Source: Acidothermus cellulolyticus 11B (GTDB lineage Bacteria > Actinomycetota > Actinomycetes > Acidothermales > Acidothermaceae). Taken from it: a stretch of DNA of 32,000 nt. Positions 8,261-17,139 of the stretch are shown in pieces (positions within the stretch are counted from its first letter, which is position 1; every line of letters starts with the position of its first letter). A program made the position numbers and the translations under genes. The stretch spans positions 1,410,001-1,442,000 of the forward strand of contig NC_008578.1 of the NCBI RefSeq assembly GCF_000015025.1. The letters are read 5' to 3'. The notes beneath the pieces were generated by a model. It worked only from the letters and a program-made list of their open reading frames with translations, did no database searches and was not told where the DNA came from.

Positions 8261-8758
8261 CTAGCCGGGCATTCCGGCGGCCGCGCGACTGCGGAGGTCA
8301 CGGAGCACGAGGGCGCAATCGAGCGCAGCCACCGTCGCCTCCCAGCCCTTGTCCTCCGCGCTGTCCGGCAGACCGCAACGGTCCAATGCCTGGGCCATGC
8401 TGTCGCAGGTGAGGATGCCGTCGCCCACCGGCGTGCCGGTCTGGATGGCCACCTGGGTCAATCCCATCGTCGCTGCCTGCGCCACGTATTCGAAATGCGG
8501 GGTGGCACCGCGGATGACTGCGGCCAGGCCGACGACTGCGTCGTGGTGGTGAGCCAGCTCCAGGGCGACCACCGGCAGTTCGAGCGCGCCCGCCACCCGG
8601 ACCACGGTCGGTGTGGTGACCCCGCAGCTGCGGGCGGCCTCGATGGCCCGCTCAACCATGGCATCGACGACGTGGGCATTCCACCGGCTGGCAGCAATGC
8701 CCAGGCGGATGCCATGGGCGGCGACCACGGCGCGGTCGGGACGTCCCTCACCGGTCAC
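8261..8758 (-). CDS. ribH: 6,7-dimethyl-8-ribityllumazine synthase (165 aa)
   Basis: [27 protein letters not shown]...[13 protein letters not shown]...[19 protein letters not shown] is the lumazine synthase signature. I moved the start from TTG 8776 to GTG 8758 because GGAGAGGAG (8774..8766) lies 7 nt upstream. Confidence 0.93.
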
Positions 8759-8785
8759 GGTTCGACTCCTCTCCAAGGGGTGCGC

Positions 8786-10063
8786 TCAGTCCGGGGCGCG
8801 GGGTGCCGGCTGAGCCGGCAGGATGAGATCATGCCCCATCCGATCACGCTTCGTCCGCAGGTAACGAAGGTTCCGCGGATTCGCGTGCGTCGGCAGGGGG
8901 ATCCTCCCGAGCACGCGCACCCCGTAGGCCTCCAACGCAGCCGCCTTCGCCGGATTGTTGGAGAGCAGCCGCACCGAACGGACGCCGAGGTCCCGCAGCA
9001 CGTGAGCAGCCGTGCTGTAGTCCCGCGCGTCCGCGGGCAGCCCAAGCGAGAGGTTGGCGTCCACCGTGTCGAGCCCGGCGTCCTGCAGTTGGTAGGCCCG
9101 CAGTTTGTCGAGGAGGCCGATTCCCCGGCCTTCGTGTCCACCGAGATAGACGATCACGCCACGCCCGGTGTCGGCGACGGCATTCATCGCGGCCTCCAGT
9201 TGCGGCCCACAGTCGCAACGCAGCGAGCCGAAGACGTCGCCGGTCAGACACTCCGAGTGCGCTCGGACTAGCACGTCCTCCCCGTCGCCAAGGTCACCCA
9301 TCACCAGGGCGACCAGCTCCGTCTCCTCGATCAGGCTCCGGTACCCGATCGCCTGCCACTCCCCGTGCCGGGTCGGCAGCTGCGTAGCGGCCACCCGTTC
9401 GACCAACTTCTCGGTACGCCGCCGGTAGGCGACGAGGTCAGCGATGGAGATGATCGCGAGGTTGTGCCGGCGGGCGAACCGAAGAAGGGACGGCAGCCGG
9501 GCCATCGACCCGTCGTCCTCGACGATCTCGCTGAGCACACCCGCCGGGGTGAGCCCGGCAAGCCGGGCGAGGTCCACAGCGGCCTCGGTGTGCCCCGGCC
9601 GCCGCAGCACGCCGCCGTCGACGGCCCGCAGCGGGAAGACGTGCCCGGGACGGGTGAGCTCGTACGGCTCGGTCGCCGAGTCAGCAAGCACCCGGATGGT
9701 ATGCGCTCGATCGGCGGCGGAAATGCCGGTCGTGACACCGAATCGGGCGTCCACCGAAACGGTGTACGCCGTCCGCTTCGGATCCTCGTTGCGCGGCGTC
9801 ATCGGCGGCAGGCCGAGCCGGTCCAGGATCTCACCCGCCATCGGGACGCAGATCACCCCGCTGGTGTACCGAACCATGAAGGCGATGAGCTCGGGTGTCG
9901 CCTTGGACGCCGCAGCGACCAGATCACCTTCGTTCTCCCGCTGCTCGTCATCGACGACGACCACGGGACGTCCTGCCGCGATCTCCGCAATCGCCTTCTC
10001 AATCGGATCAAAGACGCCGGTTTCTTCCCGCGGCGTGCCCTCGGACCGCGCCGGCTCGGTCAC
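8786..10063 (-). CDS. ribBA: Bifunctional 3,4-dihydroxy-2-butanone-4-phosphate synthase / GTP cyclohydrolase II (425 aa)
   Basis: The DHBP synthase block is [18 protein letters not shown]...SGVICVPM. The GCH II zinc block is [24 protein letters not shown] 8786..10342 is trimmed to GTG 10063, which overlaps the ribE stop (GTGA) and follows GGGGGAGG. Confidence 0.93.
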   Translation of the reverse strand: MTEPARSEGTPREETGVFDPIEKAIAEIAAGRPVVVVDDEQRENEGDLVAAASKATPELIAFMVRYTSGVICVPMAGEILDRLGLPPMTPRNEDPKRTAYTVSVDARFGVTTGISAADRAHTIRVLADSATEPYELTRPGHVFPLRAVDGGVLRRPGHTEAAVDLARLAGLTPAGVLSEIVEDDGSMARLPSLLRFARRHNLAIISIADLVAYRRRTEKLVERVAATQLPTRHGEWQAIGYRSLIEETELVALVMGDLGDGEDVLVRAHSECLTGDVFGSLRCDCGPQLEAAMNAVADTGRGVIVYLGGHEGRGIGLLDKLRAYQLQDAGLDTVDANLSLGLPADARDYSTAAHVLRDLGVRSVRLLSNNPAKAAALEAYGVRVLGRIPLPTHANPRNLRYLRTKRDRMGHDLILPAQPAPRAPD

Positions 10064-10815
10064 GGCTGCACCTCCCCCGGTCCAGCCATCCCAACGGCCG
10101 CCGCAGCTGTCGGGCCGTGCAACGCCGGAGACGCGGCCCCCGGCCGTCGGACCGGAGCCGCCGTCGGCTCGGCTTCCGCAGGCCCGGCGGCGCGCCACCC
10201 GAACCGCCGGGAGAGGAGCCGCTCGGCGTACTTGGCAAAGACATCGGCCTCGAGGTTGACAAGGTCGCCGACCCGTCGGCGCCCGAGGGTGGTCGCTTCG
10301 ATCGTGGTCGGGATGAGGCCCACGCTGAAGGCGTCCTCCCAAACGTCGACCACCGTCAGCGACACCCCGTCGACCGCGATCGCGCCCTTGGACACCACGT
10401 AGTCGGCGATCCGGTCCGGCAGAGTGATCACGACGACGTCGTAGTGCTCGTGACGGTCGCGGGCGGCGATTTCGGCCGTGGTGTCGACGTGCCCCTGGAC
10501 GAGGTGCCCGCCGAACCGCCCGTCCGCCGACACGGCCCGTTCCAGGTTGACCGCCCGGCCGGGCCGAGCGACGCCCAGCGTGGTGCGTTCCAGGGTCTCG
10601 CGCATGGCGTCCACCCAGACGACGGAACCCTCCAACGCGGTCACGGTGAGGCAGACACCGTCGACGGCGAGCGAATCCCCGCGCCGCAATCGGGGTGCCG
10701 CCTGCCCGTCAACCTCGGCCAGCGCGGTGACGTCGATGCCGATGCTGGCCGCGCCGTCCCCCATCCCAGTGATCGAAACGATCGAACCGACGGCTTCGAC
10801 GATCCCGGTGAACAT
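10060..10815 (-). CDS. ribE: Riboflavin synthase alpha chain with an Ala/Pro-rich C-terminal tail of about 50 aa (251 aa)
   Basis: [12 protein letters not shown]...[13 protein letters not shown]...GHLVQGHVD...[12 protein letters not shown] is the canonical duplicated riboflavin synthase barrel. ATG 10815 is preceded by GGAGGGAG. Confidence 0.93.
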   Translation of the reverse strand: MFTGIVEAVGSIVSITGMGDGAASIGIDVTALAEVDGQAAPRLRRGDSLAVDGVCLTVTALEGSVVWVDAMRETLERTTLGVARPGRAVNLERAVSADGRFGGHLVQGHVDTTAEIAARDRHEHYDVVVITLPDRIADYVVSKGAIAVDGVSLTVVDVWEDAFSVGLIPTTIEATTLGRRRVGDLVNLEADVFAKYAERLLSRRFGWRAAGPAEAEPTAAPVRRPGAASPALHGPTAAAAVGMAGPGEVQP

Positions 10816-10842
10816 CTGCACTCCCTCCGCGCCCGAATGCCC

Positions 10843-11943
10843 CTAGGCCACGCCGACAGCCGCTGGGGTCACGGTCGCGCCCGGCGCCGCCGCCGCGGTC
10901 GCGTCGGCCGAGACCGGCGCCAGGGTGAGCCGCAGGTCGGGTCCGATACGGGTGACCTCGTCGATCCGCCACCGCTGGCCGGCGGCAAGAGTGGCAATGC
11001 CGAGATCAGCAACGAGCGGCGGGCCGGAGCCGAGGAGGATCGGCGCGACGTAGGCGACGATCCGGTCCACAAGGCGCGCTCGGAGGAACGCGGCGGCGAG
11101 TGTTGGGCCGCCTTCGAGCAGCACGCTCAGCACGCCCCGGTCCGCAAGCCGGGCGAGGACAGCCGCTGGATCGTGCTTGCGCAGCTGCACCGTAGGCGCC
11201 GTATCGTCGCGTAGTCGCGCGCCCGGTGGGAGATCGCGACGGCCGACCACGACCCGGAGCGGCTGGGTCAGGTCCGGCGCAGCGTCGTCCACCCGCACGG
11301 TGAGGGCGGGATCGTCGGCAAGCGCTGTTCCGGTGCCGATGACGATCGCGTCCGACTGAGCGCGCAGCAGGTGGACGTCGCGCCGAGCTTCGTCAGAGGT
11401 GATCCACCGGCTGGAGCCGTCTGCCGCGGCGACCCGGCCGTCGAGGGTCGCGGCGTACTTCCAGGTAACGAAGGGCCGGCCGGTCGCAACCCGGTGCAGC
11501 CAGGCGCGGTTGGCTGCAGCGGCCTCGGCAGCCAACACGCCGCCGACGACATCCAGGCCGGCAGCGGCGAGCTCCGCCCCGCCACCGCCGGCGGCTGTCG
11601 GGTCGGCGACGGCGTACACCACACGCCGAATCCCGGCGCGCCGAATTTCGGCAACGCACGGACCGGTCCGGCCGACGTGCCGGCACGGTTCGAGGGTGAC
11701 CACGAGGGTGCCGCCACGGGCCGCCGGACCGGCGGCGGCCAGCGCGACGACCTCGGCGTGCGGCCCACCCGCCCGAAGGTGAAAACCTTCCCCGACGACT
11801 CGACCCGCGGCGTCCAGCACCACGCAACCGACGATCGGATTCGGGCTCGTCGACCCGCGGCCCCGCTCGGCCAGTGCAAGCGCCCGTCGCATCGCGGCGA
11901 GTTCGTGCGCAGCGACGTGTGCGGTCGCTTCCACACCCTGCAT
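10843..11943 (-). CDS. ribD: Bifunctional diaminohydroxyphosphoribosylaminopyrimidine deaminase / 5-amino-6-(5-phosphoribosylamino)uracil reductase (366 aa)
   Basis: Deaminase zinc motifs HAEVVAL and TLEPCRHVGRTGPC are present, with a reductase C-terminal half. ORF 10843..12123 is trimmed to ATG 11943, which has AGGAGG 7 nt upstream. The longer ORF would run through the riboswitch. Confidence 0.93.
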   Translation of the reverse strand: MQGVEATAHVAAHELAAMRRALALAERGRGSTSPNPIVGCVVLDAAGRVVGEGFHLRAGGPHAEVVALAAAGPAARGGTLVVTLEPCRHVGRTGPCVAEIRRAGIRRVVYAVADPTAAGGGGAELAAAGLDVVGGVLAAEAAAANRAWLHRVATGRPFVTWKYAATLDGRVAAADGSSRWITSDEARRDVHLLRAQSDAIVIGTGTALADDPALTVRVDDAAPDLTQPLRVVVGRRDLPPGARLRDDTAPTVQLRKHDPAAVLARLADRGVLSVLLEGGPTLAAAFLRARLVDRIVAYVAPILLGSGPPLVADLGIATLAAGQRWRIDEVTRIGPDLRLTLAPVSADATAAAAPGATVTPAAVGVA

Positions 11944-11947
11944 GAGA

Positions 11948-11983
11948 ATGCCTCCTGCCCGACGCGCGCCGGGAAGGAGGCAT
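11948..11983 (-). promoter_or_regulatory. SD-sequestering hairpin (expression platform of the FMN riboswitch)
   Basis: On the minus strand, AUGCCUCCU (11983..11975) pairs perfectly over 9 bp with AGGAGGCAU (11956..11948). The second arm contains the ribD Shine-Dalgarno. An inner CCCG/CGGG extension adds further pairing. Confidence 0.6.
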
Positions 11984-12008
11984 CGAACGGCCGGCGGACC
12001 GGCTATCC

Positions 12009-12140
12009 GCGCGCTGCCTCCCATCCGGACTTTCACCGTCGGTCCCGGAATTTCACCGGGTCCACCGCTGGGCTGCTCCAGCCCATCGGGTCGCGGACTG
12101 TCACCGCCGGTTCGGAGTTGCACCGATCCCGGAGCGCGCT
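12009..12140 (-). promoter_or_regulatory. FMN riboswitch (RFN element) aptamer
   Basis: The minus strand reads GCGCGCUCCGGGAUCGGUGCAACUCCGAACCGGCGGUGACAGUCCGCGACCCGAUGGGCUGGAGCAGCCCAGCGGUGGACCCGGUGAAAUUCCGGGACCGACGGUGAAAGUCCGGAUGGGAGGCAGCGCGC. The conserved RFN blocks ACCGGCGGU, AGUCCGCGA, GGACCCGGUGAAAUUCCGGGACCGACGGUGAAAGUCCGGAUGGGAG are all present. P1 closes with GCGCGCU/AGCGCGC. It sits directly 5' of ribD. Confidence 0.93.
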
Positions 12141-12252
12141 CTTCGCCCGCCAGTATCCCACGCGGCGCCGGTCGTCCGCCGTCCGGGCGAATCGGCTCCG
12201 ACGATCCGCTGCCCGCGGCCAGGGCGATTCAGCCCCCGACCATCCGCTGCGG

Positions 12253-13299
12253 TCAGTACCCCCGCCGATCGACGGCGATCGCCGACCCTGGTTCGGCTTT
12301 CGCAACGCTTTTCATCTCGGTCGCCACGGCGACCACTTCCCGGTAATCGCGAAACGTCCGCCGCTCGCTGGTCGCCACCCCCACCGACACCGAGACGAGC
12401 GGAAAGCGACGCACGACACCCTTGCGGTCAACGACCTCCAAATACCCCCGCTCCACATCTTTCGGATCGTGCAACGCCTCGACGTGTTCGTCGAAATACT
12501 CGACGGCATGCCGGCACAACTCTTCCACTTGATGCGGTTGACAAATCAACACGAAATCGTCGCCGCCCACGTGCCCGATAAAAGCGGGTGGTTTTGCTCC
12601 GACGACGGCACGGCGCAATGCCATGGCCAGAAGAAGAATGACCTGGTCGCCGCGGAGAAATCCGTGCGCATCATTGAATGCTTTGAAATTGTCCAGATCC
12701 AGATAGGCGACGGCGAACGGACGTCCGCTTGCCACGCGACGGGCAATCTCGTCTTCGATGCGCAGATTTCCCGGCAAATTCGTCAAGGGAGACATCGCGC
12801 GCGCCTCGGCGTTCCGGCGCATGGTGGAGCGGACCCGGGCCAGCAATTCCGCGACGTCGAACGGCTTGGTGACGTAATCGTCCGCACCCGCCTGCAGACC
12901 CAGCACCCGATCCGCGGTGGACGAGCGGGCCGTCACCATGATGACGGGCAGGGTAGCTGTCCGGCTGTCTTCCCGCCAGCGCCGGGTGAGTTCGATGCCG
13001 TCAATTCCCGGCAGCCCGACCTCCAGGAGGACCAGGTCTGGGAGCTGCGTGGCGACGATCGCCACCGCCATCGGGCCGTCCGCGGCAGTGAGGACGTCGT
13101 AGCCGTCGAGCCGCAAATTGGTTTCAAGGAACTGCCGCATCGCCGGGTCGTCGTCGACGACCAGCACCGTGCCCCGATCAATGGGCCGCGGCAGCGGCGG
13201 ACCGGCCAGCGGCAGAACGGTCTGCACGCCGTCCACGTTCGGCAGCACGGCCATCGGCGGGGGCACGCCCCCCTCGCGCCCCGGTGCGACGCCGGTCAT
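12253..13299 (-). CDS. Stand-alone REC-GGDEF protein with atypical receiver (Glu at the phospho-acceptor position) and non-canonical GGDDF motif (348 aa)
   Basis: REC domain: VLVVDDDPAMRQF...LPDLVLLEVGLPGIDG...PVIMVTARSS...ADDYVTKPF. GGDEF domain: SPLTNLPGNLRI...AYLDLDNFKAFNDAHGFLRGDQV...IGHVGGDDFVLI...PLVSVSVGVA. ORF 12253..13509 is trimmed to ATG 13299 (MTGVAPG), which has GGGGAGGG upstream. The longer version would overlap rpe by about 150 nt. Confidence 0.85.
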   Translation of the reverse strand: MTGVAPGREGGVPPPMAVLPNVDGVQTVLPLAGPPLPRPIDRGTVLVVDDDPAMRQFLETNLRLDGYDVLTAADGPMAVAIVATQLPDLVLLEVGLPGIDGIELTRRWREDSRTATLPVIMVTARSSTADRVLGLQAGADDYVTKPFDVAELLARVRSTMRRNAEARAMSPLTNLPGNLRIEDEIARRVASGRPFAVAYLDLDNFKAFNDAHGFLRGDQVILLLAMALRRAVVGAKPPAFIGHVGGDDFVLICQPHQVEELCRHAVEYFDEHVEALHDPKDVERGYLEVVDRKGVVRRFPLVSVSVGVATSERRTFRDYREVVAVATEMKSVAKAEPGSAIAVDRRGY

Positions 13300-13354
13300 C
13301 GCGCCCTCCCCTGCGCCCGCGCTCTCCGCTCCGGCCGTCGCATGCTGCGGCGGA

Positions 13355-14044
13355 TTACCGGCCTGCTCCTCGGTGGCCGCACCCGGCGGCGGCTCCGGCC
13401 CGCGACCGGAGTGCTTCCACCGCCCGTGCCGGATCATCGGTTCCGTACACCGCCGTACCCGCGACGAAGACGTCGGCACCCGCCTCGACGCATGCCTCAA
13501 TGGTCTCAAGAGAAACGCCGCCGTCGACTTGAATCCATAAATTCAGCCCGGAATCACGAAGAAATCTCCGGGCTTTTGCCACTTTTGGCAGCATTTCCGG
13601 CAAAAATTGCTGGCCGCCGAAACCGGGTTCGACCGTCATGACGAGGAGCATGTCGAATTCCGACAACACGTCAAAATAGCCGTCGACGGGCGTTGCGGGT
13701 TTCACCGCCAACCCCGCCCGCGCCCCGGCGGCCCGGATGGCCCGGGCCGTCTGGACGACGTCGGCCGCCGCCTCGGCGTGAAAGGTGACGTTCGCCGCGC
13801 CGGCCTCGGCATAACCCACGGCCCAGCGATCCGGATTTTCGATCATGAGATGGCAATCGAGCGGCAGCGTCGTCGCCTTGTGCAGCGCCTCGACCACCGG
13901 GCGGCCGACCGTCAAGTTCGGGACGAAATGGTTGTCCATCACGTCGACGTGCAGCCAGTCGGCCACCTCAGCGACCGCGGCGGCCTCGTCAGCGAGCCGC
14001 GCGAAGTCCGCTGAGAGCAGGCTCGGTGCGATCTGTACGCCCAT
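13355..14044 (-). CDS. rpe: Ribulose-phosphate 3-epimerase (229 aa)
   Basis: [17 protein letters not shown]...[15 protein letters not shown]...DCHLMI...[10 protein letters not shown]...QVDGG is canonical Rpe. ATG 14044 follows GAGGAGGAG. The alternative upstream start at 14101 adds 19 aa. Confidence 0.93.
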   Translation of the reverse strand: MGVQIAPSLLSADFARLADEAAAVAEVADWLHVDVMDNHFVPNLTVGRPVVEALHKATTLPLDCHLMIENPDRWAVGYAEAGAANVTFHAEAAADVVQTARAIRAAGARAGLAVKPATPVDGYFDVLSEFDMLLVMTVEPGFGGQQFLPEMLPKVAKARRFLRDSGLNLWIQVDGGVSLETIEACVEAGADVFVAGTAVYGTDDPARAVEALRSRAGAAAGCGHRGAGR

Positions 14045-14106
14045 CCGCTCCTCCTCGCTGGGCCGATACGAGCCTGCCATCTGCTCCACCGCGACCGCCA
14101 CCAGGC

Positions 14107-15450
14107 TCAGCGGCGGCGCAATAAGGCGAAGAACATCGCGTCGGTCTCGTGGCGATGCGGCCAGAGCTGCACGAACGGCCCGGGGCCAAGGTCGGGCGGA
14201 ACCGCCCGCGCATGGGCAACCATCGCCTCGCGCGCGTCCAGCACCTCAACCCGGTCGGCGACCTGGTGAACGACGTCGATCGTCTCCGCGGGGTGCGGCG
14301 AACAAGTTGCATATCCGACGAGACCGCCAGGCCGGACAGCGTCCAACGCCGCGGTCAACAACTCGATCTGCAGCCGCTGGAGCGAGCGGACGTCGTCCGG
14401 GCGGCGGCGCCAGCGCAGCTCTGGACGTCGCCGCAGCGCGCCGAGCCCGGTGCACGGGACGTCGACCAGGACCCGATCGACGCGACCAGACCGCCAGGCG
14501 GGACGCCGTCCATCAGCCACGATCACCGTGACGCGGGGGTCGCGCGGAATGAGCCGAGCCCGGTGCGGACGGAGGTCGACCGCGAGGACTCGTGCGCCGC
14601 GCCGGTCCGCTTCGGCGGCCAGCAGCGCCGTCTTGCCGCCGGGGCCGGCGCAGAGATCCAGCCACCAGCCGGCACCGGCGGGAGCAGCGGCGGCCAGCGC
14701 GACCAGCTGGCTCCCCTCGTCTTGAACACCGGCTCTTCCCTCGCGTACGGCGGCGATGCGACCCGGCGCACCGGCGTCCAGGATCGCCGCCGTCGGGGCC
14801 CACCGACCGGGCCGGGCCCCAGCCGCGAGCAGTTCGTCGACGGTGCACCGCCCGGGACGGGCGGCGAGATGCACCGGAGCCGGCGTGTTGTTCGCCTGGA
14901 GCAGGGCGCGTACGTCGGCGAGATCACCGCGGAGGGCGTCCGCGAACGCGGCGACGATCCACCGCGGGTGTCCGTACCGCAGGCCGAGTGCCGCGACCGG
15001 GTCATCGGCCGGGGTGACCTCGGCGAGCCAGCTTTCGAGATCGCGGTCAGCGATCCGGCGCAGGACCGCGTTGACCAGCCGAGCGGCGACCGCTCCCCCG
15101 GTCCGCCGGGCCAATTCCACCGATTCGTACACCGCGGCGTGCGGGTCCACGCGCATGCCGAGAAGTTGATGGACACCGAGCCGGAGCACGTCGCGAACCC
15201 TCGGGTGCAACCGGTCGGGTCGCGGCAGGCACCGGTCCAGGACGGCGTCGTACGTGCCGAGCAGACGCAGCGTGCCGTACACCAGTTCGGTGGCCAGAGC
15301 GGCGTCCCGGCCGGCCGGGCCGGCGGCGTCCAGCCGGGCCGGCAGGAGCAGGTTGGCGTACGCGTCGCGGCGGCGAACCGCGCCGAGCACATCGAGCGCG
15401 ATCTGTCGGGGATTGGGCGTCGCCATCATGAGATGACCAAGAGGCGTCAC
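14107..15450 (-). CDS. rsmB: 16S rRNA (cytosine967-C5)-methyltransferase RsmB/Fmu (447 aa; start uncertain)
   Basis: N-terminal NusB-like region ([23 protein letters not shown]). SAM-binding motif [10 protein letters not shown]. Catalytic motifs DVPCTGLG and [11 protein letters not shown] 15450 overlaps the fmt stop (GTGA). ATG-ATG at 15429/15426 is an alternative start. Confidence 0.9.
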   Translation of the reverse strand: MTPLGHLMMATPNPRQIALDVLGAVRRRDAYANLLLPARLDAAGPAGRDAALATELVYGTLRLLGTYDAVLDRCLPRPDRLHPRVRDVLRLGVHQLLGMRVDPHAAVYESVELARRTGGAVAARLVNAVLRRIADRDLESWLAEVTPADDPVAALGLRYGHPRWIVAAFADALRGDLADVRALLQANNTPAPVHLAARPGRCTVDELLAAGARPGRWAPTAAILDAGAPGRIAAVREGRAGVQDEGSQLVALAAAAPAGAGWWLDLCAGPGGKTALLAAEADRRGARVLAVDLRPHRARLIPRDPRVTVIVADGRRPAWRSGRVDRVLVDVPCTGLGALRRRPELRWRRRPDDVRSLQRLQIELLTAALDAVRPGGLVGYATCSPHPAETIDVVHQVADRVEVLDAREAMVAHARAVPPDLGPGPFVQLWPHRHETDAMFFALLRRR

Positions 15451-16421
15451 TCGAAGCGGGCGCCCGGGGCGAGGCGGGCGCCGCGGGCCCAGGCCTCGGC
15501 CGGCATTGCCCGGCGTCCCGCCGGCTGGACCGTGCCGAGAATCACCGGGGTCGTCGCCGTCCCGACAAGCACTCGATCACGTTCGACCCGTATTTCGCCC
15601 GGGGCGAGCACCCGTATTTCGCCCGGGGCAAGCGAGCCGTCGTCCGTGGCACCTGGCGCGTGTTGCGGTTCGGCGAGGCGGACCGGGCCGAGCACGATAC
15701 GACGTCCAGCCAACGTGGTCCAGGCTCCGGGCTCCGGAGTGACGGCACGGATCAGCCGGTCGACGTGGAAGGCGGGGGACGACCAGGAAATGCGGGCGTC
15801 GGCCGGCGTGATTTTCGGCGCATAACTGACGCCCTCGGTCGGTTGCGGCCGCGGAGCCAGCACGCCCGCGGCTATGCCGTCGACGGTGTCCAGGAGAAGA
15901 CGGGCGCCGGTCCGGGCCAGTCGGTTCAGCAGGTCACCGGCCGTGTCATCGGGGCGGATCGGTTCGGTGACCGTTCCGTAGATCGGGCCGGTGTCCAGGT
16001 CGGGTTCGAGGCGGAAGGTGGTTGCGCCGGTGACCTCGTCTCCGTGCAGGATGGCATGCTGCACGGGCGCCGCACCCCGCCAGGACGGGAGGATCGAGAA
16101 GTGCAGATTGACCCAGCCGTGGCGTGGGATGGCCAGCGCAGGCTCCGGGACGAGGGCGCCGTAGGCGACGACGACGGCAAGCTCCGCATTGAGTGAGCGG
16201 AGCGCAGCGAGCGTCTCGGGATCGGCGAGCCGGCGGGGTTTGAGCACGGGAAGTCCGGCCTGCTCCGCGGCCAGTGCGACCGGGCTGGGCCGCGGAGTCC
16301 GGCCGCGGCCGGCAGGCGCATCGGGCCGGGTGAGGACGGCGACCACCTCATGGGAAGACTCGAGCAGAAGCCGCAGGGAAGGGAGCGCGGTCTGCGGCGT
16401 CCCGGCGAAGAGCAGACGCAC
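15447..16421 (-). CDS. fmt: Methionyl-tRNA formyltransferase (324 aa)
   Basis: [16 protein letters not shown]...VVAYGALVP...[23 protein letters not shown] is the canonical Fmt sequence. It lies 12 nt downstream of def. Confidence 0.95.
   Translation of the reverse strand: MRLLFAGTPQTALPSLRLLLESSHEVVAVLTRPDAPAGRGRTPRPSPVALAAEQAGLPVLKPRRLADPETLAALRSLNAELAVVVAYGALVPEPALAIPRHGWVNLHFSILPSWRGAAPVQHAILHGDEVTGATTFRLEPDLDTGPIYGTVTEPIRPDDTAGDLLNRLARTGARLLLDTVDGIAAGVLAPRPQPTEGVSYAPKITPADARISWSSPAFHVDRLIRAVTPEPGAWTTLAGRRIVLGPVRLAEPQHAPGATDDGSLAPGEIRVLAPGEIRVERDRVLVGTATTPVILGTVQPAGRRAMPAEAWARGARLAPGARFE
15587..15634. repeat. In-frame 24-bp tandem duplication inside the fmt C-terminal domain
   Basis: 15587-15610 reads CCCGTATTTCGCCCGGGGCGAGCA and 15611-15634 reads CCCGTATTTCGCCCGGGGCAAGCG, identical at 22 of 24 positions. 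This encodes [16 protein letters not shown]. Confidence 0.85.
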
Positions 16422-16433
16422 AGGCTGACCCTG

Positions 16434-16976
16434 CTACAGTGCCTTTCCCCGCGTGGGGTGCGGGGAGGTCTTGACCCGGACGGTCTGGCCGGCCCATTCG
16501 GCCTCCCGGATCGCACGCATGGCGAGCTTCCGCTGCTCAGGATCGAGGCGATCAATGAACAGGACGCCGTCCAGGTGGTCGGTCTCGTGCTGCACGCACC
16601 GGGCCAGCAGGTCGCTGCCTTCGAGGATGACCGGTTCGCCGAATTCGTTGAATCCCTTGGCGACCGCCCGCTTCGCACGTTTCAGCGGATAGGAGAGCCC
16701 CGGCAGGGAGAGGCACCCCTCGTCGCCGTCCTGCTGCTCCTCGGAGAGGTCCAACGATGGGTTGACCAGGTGTCCGACGACACCGTCAACGTCGTACACG
16801 AAGACCCGGAGGCTCACCCCGATCTGCGGCGCGGCAAGGCCGACCCCGGGCGCGTCCTGCATCGTCTCAATGAGGTCCTTGATCAGGACGCGGAGCTCCT
16901 TGTCGAAATCGGTGACCGGTTCCGCAGGAGTGCGCAGGACTGGATCACCGAAAAGCCGGATGGGTCGGACAGCCAC
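16434..16976 (-). CDS. def: Peptide deformylase (180 aa)
   Basis: All three PDF motifs are present: GVGLAAPQIG, EGCLSLPG and HETDHLDG. ORF 16434..17060 is trimmed to GTG 16976 (VAVRPIRLFGDPVLR), which has GAGGGAGA 4-5 nt upstream. Confidence 0.93.
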   Translation of the reverse strand: MAVRPIRLFGDPVLRTPAEPVTDFDKELRVLIKDLIETMQDAPGVGLAAPQIGVSLRVFVYDVDGVVGHLVNPSLDLSEEQQDGDEGCLSLPGLSYPLKRAKRAVAKGFNEFGEPVILEGSDLLARCVQHETDHLDGVLFIDRLDPEQRKLAMRAIREAEWAGQTVRVKTSPHPTRGKAL

Positions 16977-17139
16977 GAATTCTCCCTCAGACCAAGTCTG
17001 CGACCAGTCTACGTACCGACGGACCGCCCAAGCCCCGAGCGCACCGGCCGAGCAACCCACGCCCTGGCCTGCCTAACCCCCGCACGCGCCGGCCGAGCGG
17101 CGCACGGGCCGACCACGGTCGGCTCAGTGAGCGTCTCGG

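Noticed and set aside
12141-12252. A promoter for the rib operon (GATACT hexamer about 10 nt upstream of the riboswitch P1) and a terminator for the REC-GGDEF gene.
   Set aside because: There is no acceptable -35 element at 16-19 nt spacing and no convincing hairpin. The GCAGCGGAT direct repeat seen here is short. The evidence is too weak to list as a feature.
4306-13299. The orphan PAS histidine kinase (4306-5313) and the REC-GGDEF protein (12253-13299) as a cognate two-component pair.
   Set aside because: The receiver has Glu instead of the phospho-acceptor Asp (PDLVLLEVGLPGIDG), so phosphotransfer is unlikely. The two genes are also 7 kb apart in different operons.
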